Below the pieces are notes generated by a model, which searched no databases, was not told where the DNA came from, and worked only from the letters and a program-made list of their open reading frames with translations. 64,000 nt of DNA from Minisyncoccota bacterium (GTDB lineage: Bacteria > Patescibacteriota > Minisyncoccia > Phycocordibacterales > DSPV01), in NCBI GenBank assembly GCA_041662545.1, contig JBAZSH010000001.1, positions 46,813 through 110,812 on the forward strand, written 5' to 3'. The translations under genes and the position numbers were made by a program. Positions 38,105-46,636 of the stretch are shown here, piece after piece; position 1 is the stretch's first letter; each line of letters begins with the position of its first letter.

Positions 38105-38911
38105 ATGAAAATTTTGGATGGGAAAATCATCGGAGATGAAATTTTGGCGCGGTTGAAAGCGGAATTTGCCAAATTGTCCGGCATTACCAAGTTGGCGATT
38201 ATTCAAGTTGGTAACCGTGCCGATTCTACCACCTATATCCGCCAAAAAAAGATTTTTGCCGAAAAAGTCGGTGTGGTGGCGGAACTTTTTCAATTTCCCG
38301 AAGATTGTTCGGCCAAAGAGATTCTAGAAAAAATTAGTGTTTTAAATTCTGACGAAAATATTCACGGCATTATTGTTCAGTTGCCTTTGCCGACGAGTTT
38401 TAATTATGCTGAAATTATTGAAGTCATTAATCCTAGTAAAGATGTGGATGGTCTGACGGCAGAAAATTTTCGGCGGTTAGCGGCAGGGGATTTGGAGGGT
38501 TTAATTCCAGCAACTGCTAAAGGGGTTCTGAAAATTTTGGATTATTATAAAATTCCAATTACTGGCCAGCGAGCGACCGTAATCGGTCGCTCGCGCTTGG
38601 TCGGCAAACCGGTGGCGCTGATGTTAAAGGCGCGTGGCGCGATTGTTACGGTTTGTCATCGGGAAACAAAAGATCCAGCGGTTATTGCTAAAAAGGCTGA
38701 CATTTTGGTCAGCGCCGCCGGCCAAAGAAATTTGATTGACAAAGATTTTGTTTCTCCTAACCAAACACTAATTGACATTGGTAATGATGTGGATTTTGAG
38801 GCGGTTAAAGACATTGTTGGGGCGATTACACCGACGCCCGGCGGCGTTGGTCCTATGACCGTTGCTTGTCTGTTTGAAAATTTACTAAAAGCGCGTATAA
38901 TAAATGAGTAA
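38105..38911 (+). CDS. folD: Bifunctional methylenetetrahydrofolate dehydrogenase/cyclohydrolase
   Basis: MKILDGK..., the GxSxxxGxP block VIGRSRLVGKPVA and PGGVGPMT are present. Confidence 0.9.
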   Translation: MKILDGKIIGDEILARLKAEFAKLSGITKLAIIQVGNRADSTTYIRQKKIFAEKVGVVAELFQFPEDCSAKEILEKISVLNSDENIHGIIVQLPLPTSFNYAEIIEVINPSKDVDGLTAENFRRLAAGDLEGLIPATAKGVLKILDYYKIPITGQRATVIGRSRLVGKPVALMLKARGAIVTVCHRETKDPAVIAKKADILVSAAGQRNLIDKDFVSPNQTLIDIGNDVDFEAVKDIVGAITPTPGGVGPMTVACLFENLLKARIINE

Positions 38912-38935
38912 AAATTATTAAGTAACTTTATTTTT

Positions 38936-39739
38936 ATGGACAACAATACTTGTGCAAAATGTTGTGACGGTAAGATGAAAACATGGCTTTTGGTTTTCGT
39001 TATTATCGTTTCAGTATTTTTTGCCGGTAAGGCGATTAAGGAATTAAAAGCTATTGGTTATGTTGGTAAGGCACTTTCCCCGACGGCAACCATCTCGGTT
39101 TCAGGCGAAGGTGAAGTGCTGACCAAACCGGACATTTCCACCTTTTCTTTTACCGTTGAAATGGAATCATTGAATGTTGCCGAAGCTCAATCTGGAGCGG
39201 CAGAAACCGTAAATGACATTTTGGCGCAGTTGAAGAAATTAGGTGTAGCGGAAAAAGATGTTAAAACGCTCGGTTATAATATTTATCCGCGTTATGAATA
39301 TATTTCCTACGGCGTAACTTATGAATATTATCCACCCAATGGTGGCACTCGAACGCTGGCTGGTTATGTTGTTAGTCAAACGATTGAAGTAAAAGTGCGC
39401 AAGATAGAAGATGCCGGTAAAATTATTTCTAGTATTGGAGAAATGGGCGCTAGTAATTTGAGCGGACTTTCTTTTTCGGTAGACCAGGCAGACGAATTCA
39501 AGGCCGAAGCGCGTAAGGCGGCGATTGCCGATGCTCAAAGTAAGGCGAAAATTTTAGCAAAAGATTTGGGTGTGACTTTGGTGAGAGTAACCAGTTTTTC
39601 CGAGTCGGGCAATTATCCTGGTCCAATTTATTACGCCAAAGCGGAAGCTGTGGGTATGGGTGGTGGTTCAACGCCGGAAGTGCCATCGGGGGAAAATCGC
39701 ATTGTGTCTAATGTAACGATTATTTACGAAATCAGGTAG
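38936..39739 (+). CDS. SIMPL (DUF541) domain protein, membrane-anchored
   Basis: 267 aa. N-terminal TM, then TISVSGEGEV...FSFTVE... typical of SIMPL/26-kDa periplasmic immunogenic proteins. Confidence 0.65.
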   Translation: MDNNTCAKCCDGKMKTWLLVFVIIVSVFFAGKAIKELKAIGYVGKALSPTATISVSGEGEVLTKPDISTFSFTVEMESLNVAEAQSGAAETVNDILAQLKKLGVAEKDVKTLGYNIYPRYEYISYGVTYEYYPPNGGTRTLAGYVVSQTIEVKVRKIEDAGKIISSIGEMGASNLSGLSFSVDQADEFKAEARKAAIADAQSKAKILAKDLGVTLVRVTSFSESGNYPGPIYYAKAEAVGMGGGSTPEVPSGENRIVSNVTIIYEIR

Positions 39740-39787
39740 TTTTTTGGTGGAGTTGACTTTTTTGGGGGTTAGAGTAATATTTTTCCA

Positions 39788-39970
39788 TTGAAAATAGTTG
39801 AATATATCAAAGAAACCAGAAGCGAAATGAAACATGTCAGCTGGCCCACGCGCCGGCAGACCACCGCCTTTACGGCGATTGTTATTGCCATTTCCGTTTT
39901 TGTGGCGGTGCTACTTGGTTTTTTTGATTATCTTTTTACTTTAGGAATTGAGAAATTCATTTTGAAATAA
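39788..39970 (+). CDS. secE: Preprotein translocase subunit SecE
   Basis: 60 aa with a TTG start, [11 protein letters not shown] followed by a single TM. It lies directly upstream of nusG. Confidence 0.7.
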   Translation: MKIVEYIKETRSEMKHVSWPTRRQTTAFTAIVIAISVFVAVLLGFFDYLFTLGIEKFILK

Positions 39971-39971
39971 T

Positions 39972-40517
39972 ATGTCTAGGCAAAACATTACGGGTGAACG
40001 ACATTGGTATGCCATTCACACCTATGCCGGTTATGAGAACGCAGTGGCGCGTAATTTGAAACAGCGCATTGAATCGTTGGGTATGGAAGACAGAATTTTT
40101 AATGTGGTTGTGCCGACTGAAAAAAAAATCAAAATCAAAGCGAGCAAACGGGTTGAAGAAGAAGAAAAAATTTACCCGGGTTATGTTTTAGTAGAAATGG
40201 TGGTGACGGACGATTCTTGGTATGTTGTTCGTAATACGCCGCGGGTAACCGGTTTTGTTGGTAGTGGTGTTCACCCGGTGCCATTGGGAAAAAAAGAAAT
40301 TGATGAACTATTTCGTCGAATGAATGCTGACACACCCAAACACAATATGGACTTGGAAGTGGGTGATCAAGTGACGATTGTTGATGGTCCGTTTAAGGAA
40401 TTGGATGGTAAAGTATCGGAGGTAGACAATGAACGGGGTAAGGTTAAAGTGTTGGTGTCTATGTTTGGTCGCGAAACACCGGTGGAATTAGATTTTCTTC
40501 AAATCAAAAAGATTTAA
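39972..40517 (+). CDS. nusG: Transcription termination/antitermination factor NusG
   Basis: [15 protein letters not shown] motif ([18 protein letters not shown]). Confidence 0.9.
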   Translation: MSRQNITGERHWYAIHTYAGYENAVARNLKQRIESLGMEDRIFNVVVPTEKKIKIKASKRVEEEEKIYPGYVLVEMVVTDDSWYVVRNTPRVTGFVGSGVHPVPLGKKEIDELFRRMNADTPKHNMDLEVGDQVTIVDGPFKELDGKVSEVDNERGKVKVLVSMFGRETPVELDFLQIKKI

Positions 40518-40528
40518 ACTTTAAAATT

Positions 40529-40951
40529 ATGGCTAAAAAAATTGCGAGACAATTAAAAATGACTATCGCTGGAGGTAAGGCAACGCCAGCACCACCGATT
40601 GGTCCGGCTTTGGGTCAGGCAAAAGTTAACATCGGCGAGTTCATTACTCGTTTTAATGAAGGCACAAAAAAAATGATGGGGGAGTTGGTGCCGGTTGTCG
40701 TTACGGTCTATGAAGATAAATCGTTTGAATTAGCTTTTAAGACCACGCCGGCCACCGCTTTGATTTTGAAAGCGGCCGGCAAAGAAAAAGGTTCTGGCAA
40801 AAATACAGTAAGTAAAGCTGGCTCTATTACCAAGGCTCAAGCCCGAGAAATTGCCGAGAAAAAATTACCTGATTTGACCGCTAACGATATAGACGCCGCG
40901 ACAAAAATCATTGAAGGTTCAGCGCGATCTATGGGGGTGGAAGTAAAGTAG
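40529..40951 (+). CDS. rplK: 50S ribosomal protein L11
   Basis: 140 aa. PPIGPALGQAKVNI and strong overall similarity to L11. Confidence 0.95.
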   Translation: MAKKIARQLKMTIAGGKATPAPPIGPALGQAKVNIGEFITRFNEGTKKMMGELVPVVVTVYEDKSFELAFKTTPATALILKAAGKEKGSGKNTVSKAGSITKAQAREIAEKKLPDLTANDIDAATKIIEGSARSMGVEVK

Positions 40952-40982
40952 CGCGAAAAAATTTTTGTATTCTTTCGCGCTT

Positions 40983-41561
40983 TTAAACTCGTTCCACATA
41001 CTCTCCGGTTTCGGTGTTGATGCGGATGGTGTCACCCTCGTTGATGAAAAGTGGGGTGTTGACTTCAGCGCCAGTTTCTAATTTTACGGTTTTAGATGCG
41101 CCCTTGGAAGTGTCGCCCTTAACGGCCGGTGGCGCTTCTGTCACTTTCAGTTCTACTTTAATCGGTAATTTAACGCCGATAACTTTCTCATCAAAAGTCC
41201 GAAGCTCAACAATTGCATTAGTTTTCAAAAATTTTCCACCCTCGCCGATTTGAGCGATTTCTAGTTTGAATCGGTTGGCAGGATTATTCGGTTCGCAAAA
41301 CCACCATTCATCACGATTATTGTATAAATATTTTGCTTCTTTTTTCTGTAGATCAGCCTCGGCCATTTTGTCCTGCTGGTGAAAGGTATAATCGGTGGTT
41401 TTGCCAGTAATAAGATTTTTAAGTTTGGTCTGATTGACCGGCTTGCGTTGTTGCATGCGAAAAATATGGGCGTCCAATACCTCATAGGGCGCGCCATCCA
41501 AGACAATAAATTTTTTCGGTAGAATTTCGTTGTAGTTCAACATGGTTCGGTATCTTACCAA
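40983..41561 (-). CDS. efp: Elongation factor P
   Basis: FIVLDGAPYEV...KPVNQTKLKNLITG pattern. The start is either the TTG at 41561 (good SD GAAGGGTGA) or the ATG at 41543. Confidence 0.9.
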   Translation of the reverse strand: MVRYRTMLNYNEILPKKFIVLDGAPYEVLDAHIFRMQQRKPVNQTKLKNLITGKTTDYTFHQQDKMAEADLQKKEAKYLYNNRDEWWFCEPNNPANRFKLEIAQIGEGGKFLKTNAIVELRTFDEKVIGVKLPIKVELKVTEAPPAVKGDTSKGASKTVKLETGAEVNTPLFINEGDTIRINTETGEYVERV

Positions 41562-41585
41562 AATATCACCCTTCAGGCAAATTTT

Positions 41586-42638
41586 TTATTCTTTCAACTT
41601 AATTTTAATTTCTTTCAAAAGTCCGTCGGCGACTTTTTTGTTTTCCACTAGGAATTGGCGAGCGGCGTCGTAACCCCGACCGAGTTTCGCCGCTTCACCC
41701 GTCTTCGCCCCCACTTCTGCGGGTGAAGCAATTTCATAAGAACCCCCCGACGATTTTTTAATCAAACCGAATTTTTCGCCCAAGGCCAAAATTTCACCTT
41801 CGCGGGAAATGCCCTCGTTATACATTAAATCAAATTCCGTTTGCCGGAACGGCGCCGCCACTTTGTTTTTCACAACTTTTACTCGCACTCGGCCTCCCAT
41901 TATTTCTTCACCTTTTTTAATCTGGGCGATTCGTCGGATGTCCAAACGGACGGAAGTGTAAAATTTTAACGCTTTACCGCCCGGTGTCGTTTCCGGATTG
42001 CCGAACATTACGCCGATTTGCATTCTGATTTGATTGATAAAAATGACGATGGTTTTTGAGCGGGCGACAATGGCGGTGAGTTTGCGTAGAGCTTGTGACA
42101 TCAATCGCGCTTGTTTACCGACATGCTGGGCACCCATATCACCTTCAATTTCATCTTTGGGCGTTAGAGCCGCCACCGAGTCAATTACCACCACATCAAT
42201 TTTTCCAGAACGCACTAGAGATTCCACAATTTCCAAAGCTTGCTCGCCGGTGTCCGGTTGGGAAATTAAAAGCTCATCAATTTTCACACCGATTTTTTTT
42301 GAATACTCTGGATCCATAGCATGCTCCGCGTCAATGAAGGCGCAAATACCACCTTTCTTTTGGGCTTCGGCTACCACATGAAGTGATAAGGTTGTTTTAC
42401 CGGAACTTTCGGGTCCAAAGATTTCAATAATTCGTCCACGGGGCAGACCACCAACACCCAGCGCGGCATCCAAACCGATAGAGCCGGTGGAGATAGCATT
42501 CACGTCAACCCTCGGTTTATCGCCGAGTTTCATTATGGAATCATCGCCAAATTTTGTTTTGATGGCGTTGAGGGTATCTTCAATATTCGCGCCGACCACT
42601 TTTAACTCTTTTTCTTTTTTTGGTTTTCCAAAAGCCAT
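41586..42638 (-). CDS. recA: Recombinase RecA
   Basis: Walker [10 protein letters not shown] and the [14 protein letters not shown] region are present. 350 aa. Confidence 0.95.
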   Translation of the reverse strand: MAFGKPKKEKELKVVGANIEDTLNAIKTKFGDDSIMKLGDKPRVDVNAISTGSIGLDAALGVGGLPRGRIIEIFGPESSGKTTLSLHVVAEAQKKGGICAFIDAEHAMDPEYSKKIGVKIDELLISQPDTGEQALEIVESLVRSGKIDVVVIDSVAALTPKDEIEGDMGAQHVGKQARLMSQALRKLTAIVARSKTIVIFINQIRMQIGVMFGNPETTPGGKALKFYTSVRLDIRRIAQIKKGEEIMGGRVRVKVVKNKVAAPFRQTEFDLMYNEGISREGEILALGEKFGLIKKSSGGSYEIASPAEVGAKTGEAAKLGRGYDAARQFLVENKKVADGLLKEIKIKLKE

Positions 42639-42649
42639 AATTTTATTTT

Positions 42650-43003
42650 TTACTTCTTATAAACTAACTCCAATTGTTGCTCGGCGGTTCTTTTAAATTT
42701 GTCTTTTACCTTCAAGCCAATGATATTATAGCCTTCGGCCAGAAGCAATACTTGCCCAAACTCTCCTTTGTCGTCTGTTAAAATCCTTTGACCGTTGAGA
42801 AAAACCTCATTGCCATTGGTGGCTGTGCCTTGAATTTCTACTAGTTGTTCGTTAAGTGTTGTGCCGTTTTTTGGTGAAGAAAAAGTAATGGTCGGTCCCG
42901 AAAAATAATCCCAGGTCTCATACAAAGCATAACCAAGAACAATCAGCGCGGCGAGACAACCAAGAATAATTCCTAGATAAAATTGCGACTTGGTTCTGGT
43001 CAT
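42650..43003 (-). CDS. Hypothetical membrane-anchored protein between ftsK and recA
   Basis: 117 aa with an N-terminal TM. Its start overlaps the ftsK stop (ATGA), and its stop is 11 nt before recA. Confidence 0.35.
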   Translation of the reverse strand: MTRTKSQFYLGIILGCLAALIVLGYALYETWDYFSGPTITFSSPKNGTTLNEQLVEIQGTATNGNEVFLNGQRILTDDKGEFGQVLLLAEGYNIIGLKVKDKFKRTAEQQLELVYKK

Positions 43004-45204
43004 AATAATGCTGGCGGGTTTTCTTCTTCGTTCGTTTCGGTGTTGGTGATGGGTTTTTCAACTGGTGGAGCTCCAATAACTTCTCGCGGTCTAGCACCAT
43101 CGCCGGGGCCAATAACTCCTCGTTCTTCCAAAATATCTATTAGCCGTGCTGCCCGAGCGTAACCAATGCGCAGTTTGCGTTGTAGATAAGAAGTGGAGGC
43201 CTTGCCGGCGCGAGCGACTTCTTCACGAGCTTGTTCATATAATTCATCTTCGTCATCAAAATTTTCTTCTCCGCCAAGTGTGTCGGGGTTAAAAACAGTT
43301 TTCGCGCCGGCTGGTTCGTTTAGATTAATTTCGTTCGGCACTTCGTTGCGGTAATTTTCAGCTAAATATTTGACGATTTCTTTCACTTCGGTCTCGGAAA
43401 TAAACGGTGATTGCAGACGCAAAGGTTTTGCCATTTCTCCGCCAAGGTAAAGCATATCGCCGGCACCCAAAAGTTTTTCGGCGCCACTGCCGTCTAAAAT
43501 TGTTCGTGAGTCAACCTGCGAAGAGACCTGCAAAGCGACGCGCGCTGGAATATTAGCTTTAATTAAACCAGTGATTACATTAACCGACGGTCGCTGGGTG
43601 GACAGAATCAAATGAATGCCGGTGGCGCGGCTCATTTGGGCCAAACGGACGACTGATGCTTCTAGTTCGCGTGGGTAAGTGGACATAATGTCTGCTAACT
43701 CATCTATAATAATGACAATATAAGGCATTAAGTCGGGGATTTCTTTTTCGTCGGCAGTGTTTTTCTTGCCTGCCAATTTTTTCAATTCTGGTGCCAAAAC
43801 ATTTTTATGATAAGAATCAATGTCGCGTACCGATTCCGCTTCTAACATTTCGTAACGCCGTTCCATTTCTTTACAAGCCCAACGCAAAGCCAGAATCGCT
43901 TTCTTAGCGTCGGTTATGACCGGGGTTAACAAGTGTGGAATTTTATTATAAAGAGTCAACTCTACGCGTTTTGGGTCAATCATAATAAATTTCAAATTTT
44001 CCGGTCCATTGCGATATAACATTGAAGCAATCAAACCGTGGATGGTTACGGATTTTCCTGAACCAGTGGCGCCGGCAATCAACAAGTGCGGCATTTTACC
44101 CAAATTGCCGAAATGACAACTACCGGAAACACTTTTGCCCAAAACAACAAGTAGTGGTTTTTCCGAGCGGGCGAATTCTTCCGCCGAGAATAATGTTGCC
44201 ATACCAACAACGGTCTTGGTGCTATTGGGAATCTCAATACCAACCAACGAACGGCCCGGAATCGGCGCCTCAATTCTTATTGGATGAGCAGCTAAAGCTA
44301 AAGCCAAATCATTTTGCAAAGCGATGATGCGGGAAAGTTTAACACCCTCGGCCGGTTTCAAAGCGTAACGGGTAACTGATGGACCAATAGATATCTCATC
44401 CATTTCCACAATGATGCCGAAGTTTTGAAGTGTTCGTTTAATCATATTGGCGTTGGCTTTGATATCGCCGACACCCGGCTTACCTTTGTCGCGTTCCAAA
44501 ATAGAAAGCGGTGGTGGTGTATAGGGCTTGGCAACTACCCGCCAATCGCGGGGGCTAATCATAAATTCACTGCCGTCCAGTTTTTCTTTTTCGGTTTTAT
44601 TAGTTTGCGACTCTTCTTTTTCTTTGGACTCATCATTTTTTGTTTCTTCACCTTCTTCTGGTTGGTCAGCATATTTTTTCACCAATGTCTCCACATCATC
44701 ATATTTTTCTGATTTTTTGCGCTGGAAAAGTTTTCCAATAAAGCTCAGTGATTCCAGTTTAAGTTCGGTTTCGAAAATTACCAACAGTGAAATAACAGCA
44801 ATGGTTGCCAAGAATATACTGCTATAAAAACCAAAAAGTGGAACTAATCCTTTGGTTGAAATTAGAAAACCAATGAGACCTGCTTTGTCAGATACCAGAA
44901 TTTCCGTTAGGCCTAGAGAAGACAAGAAAAACAAAAAAGAGGCGATAATTTTGGCTAGCGGAAATTTTTTTCTAAAAGATTTTATTGAAGCCCAACAAAG
45001 TAGTAGCAATAAGATAGGGAAGAAAAAGTAGCCGACGATACCCATTAAATCTTTGGCCAAGGAGTAAGTTTTTGTACCGATTGGTCCGGCTCCACCGAAA
45101 GCGGCGAGAATCAGAAAGATCGCTCCAGCAAACAAAACAATCGTTACGGCGCTCTTGGTCGTTTCTTTTTTTATATCATCCAAAACCCCGATTTTCTTTT
45201 TCAT
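43000..45204 (-). CDS. ftsK: DNA translocase FtsK/SpoIIIE
   Basis: N-terminal TM domain, a charged linker, Walker A GATGSGKS and a C-terminal gamma-like wHTH. Confidence 0.9.
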   Translation of the reverse strand: MKKKIGVLDDIKKETTKSAVTIVLFAGAIFLILAAFGGAGPIGTKTYSLAKDLMGIVGYFFFPILLLLLCWASIKSFRKKFPLAKIIASFLFFLSSLGLTEILVSDKAGLIGFLISTKGLVPLFGFYSSIFLATIAVISLLVIFETELKLESLSFIGKLFQRKKSEKYDDVETLVKKYADQPEEGEETKNDESKEKEESQTNKTEKEKLDGSEFMISPRDWRVVAKPYTPPPLSILERDKGKPGVGDIKANANMIKRTLQNFGIIVEMDEISIGPSVTRYALKPAEGVKLSRIIALQNDLALALAAHPIRIEAPIPGRSLVGIEIPNSTKTVVGMATLFSAEEFARSEKPLLVVLGKSVSGSCHFGNLGKMPHLLIAGATGSGKSVTIHGLIASMLYRNGPENLKFIMIDPKRVELTLYNKIPHLLTPVITDAKKAILALRWACKEMERRYEMLEAESVRDIDSYHKNVLAPELKKLAGKKNTADEKEIPDLMPYIVIIIDELADIMSTYPRELEASVVRLAQMSRATGIHLILSTQRPSVNVITGLIKANIPARVALQVSSQVDSRTILDGSGAEKLLGAGDMLYLGGEMAKPLRLQSPFISETEVKEIVKYLAENYRNEVPNEINLNEPAGAKTVFNPDTLGGEENFDDEDELYEQAREEVARAGKASTSYLQRKLRIGYARAARLIDILEERGVIGPGDGARPREVIGAPPVEKPITNTETNEEENPPALL

Positions 45205-45233
45205 TTGAAGTTAATTATATCACGCCATGTCTT

Positions 45234-45346
45234 AAAAATCTCCCTTTGAAAAAGGGAGTACCCGAGTCCGCGAGGGGGAGGGATTTTCTGTTTATAAAAA
45301 TCCTCCGGCTCGCGGACTCGCCACCTCCTTTTTCAAAGGAGGATTT
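45234..45346. repeat. About 113-bp imperfect palindrome (two about 52-nt arms around a TGTTTAT centre), each arm with its own internal hairpin
   Basis: The left arm AAAAATCTCCCTTTGAAAAAGGGAGTACCCGAGTCCGCGAGGGGGAGGGATTTTC matches the reverse complement of the right arm. It lies in a divergent intergenic region. Confidence 0.7.
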
Positions 45347-45520
45347 AAAATATCTCCTCTTCCAAAAGTCTGAATTCTGTTGTCGGTTTTATTATGATTC
45401 TTGCTTTGTTGCGGGTGAAATATATAATGTCCTATATGATAAAGGACAGTTTATTCTTTGTCCTATTGATTTCTTTAGTCAGTTTTATTTTTATAAAGGA
45501 CATAATACATTTTGTCTCTT

Positions 45521-46189
45521 ATGGTTTCTGATTATAAAAAACAGGTAAATTGGTTGACATATAAGGCCGAAAGATTGGTATCGGCATTATATATGGTAAC
45601 TGATTTGATAAATACCAATGATCCAATCAAATGGCAGTTAAGAAAGTTAGGTGTTGTCCTTTTGACTGAAGTTGGCAAGTTGTTGGAATCATCACCGGCA
45701 GAAAGGAAAAAAATTATTAATTCTACTCGAGAGGTAATCGCCGAAATCCTTTCGCTTTTGGAGGTGGCTGTCAATTCGGGTTTAATTTCCAGGATGAATT
45801 ACTCTTTACTTAAAAAGGAATTTGTCAGTACACCTTTATTTTTGGAACGGATTAGTAAAGAGGACTCGCCTAAATCTACAGGACAAATTCAAGGACATTC
45901 TATAGGACAAGTAAAAACAATAAAAGACAAAGAATTTTTACCTCCTATAGGACAAAATTTAGTTACTCAAAATAATCAAAATAAAGTTAAGAAAGAAGCC
46001 AGAAAAAGCCAGATAACAAAGGTTTTTGCTGGCGGTAAGATTCTTTCTTTGAGTGACATGTCCGATATGTTTCGTGATTTTGGTCCTAAGATGATTCAAC
46101 GCGACCTCCTTGATTTGGTGAAAAGCGGTGTTCTTAAGAAAACTGGTGATAAACGCTGGAGTCGCTATTCCCTTGCCAACTTACGCTAA
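45521..46189 (+). CDS. Hypothetical protein with C-terminal winged-helix-like region
   Basis: The ATG at 45521 is preferred over the TTG at 45512. The C-terminus LSLSDMSDMFRDFGPKMIQRDLLDLVKSGVLKKTGDKRWSRY is wHTH-like. Clustered AGGACA/TGTCCT motifs lie upstream of and inside the gene. Confidence 0.35.
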   Translation: MVSDYKKQVNWLTYKAERLVSALYMVTDLINTNDPIKWQLRKLGVVLLTEVGKLLESSPAERKKIINSTREVIAEILSLLEVAVNSGLISRMNYSLLKKEFVSTPLFLERISKEDSPKSTGQIQGHSIGQVKTIKDKEFLPPIGQNLVTQNNQNKVKKEARKSQITKVFAGGKILSLSDMSDMFRDFGPKMIQRDLLDLVKSGVLKKTGDKRWSRYSLANLR

Positions 46190-46636
46190 AAGTAGCAGAA
46201 TCTTACAGTTTTTGACTTCGGAGGCTATTTATGTAAAGATATTGACATAGGTAAAAAAGGCAAGAAAAGGTAGTTATCCACAAGAGATTTTTGCCTTTGG
46301 TATCCTATGATATATAATGTCTCATAGAAGTTTTTCTGAGCACATTATCCCGCATGTCCTGCCAGGAAATTTTTCTGTTTAATGAGAGAAAATCAGGCCA
46401 ATTTTTGTCGCTAATTTTTTTCACCGGTGTTGTTAAAAAACTGATGAAAAAATTAGTAGAGTTATGGTTAGCGTGTTTTAAAAAATACGCCAACCTGTTG
46501 AAAGGTTAGTATTAGAAGTGAAAGCAAAAAGTGTGTCGACACTAAAAAAGCTTTCGCGAAGAAGTAGTTTTTTCTCCGCATTAGAAAATTTATTAGTAAG
46601 TTCAAACGGAGAAATAATTATTAATTAATTAAAAAG

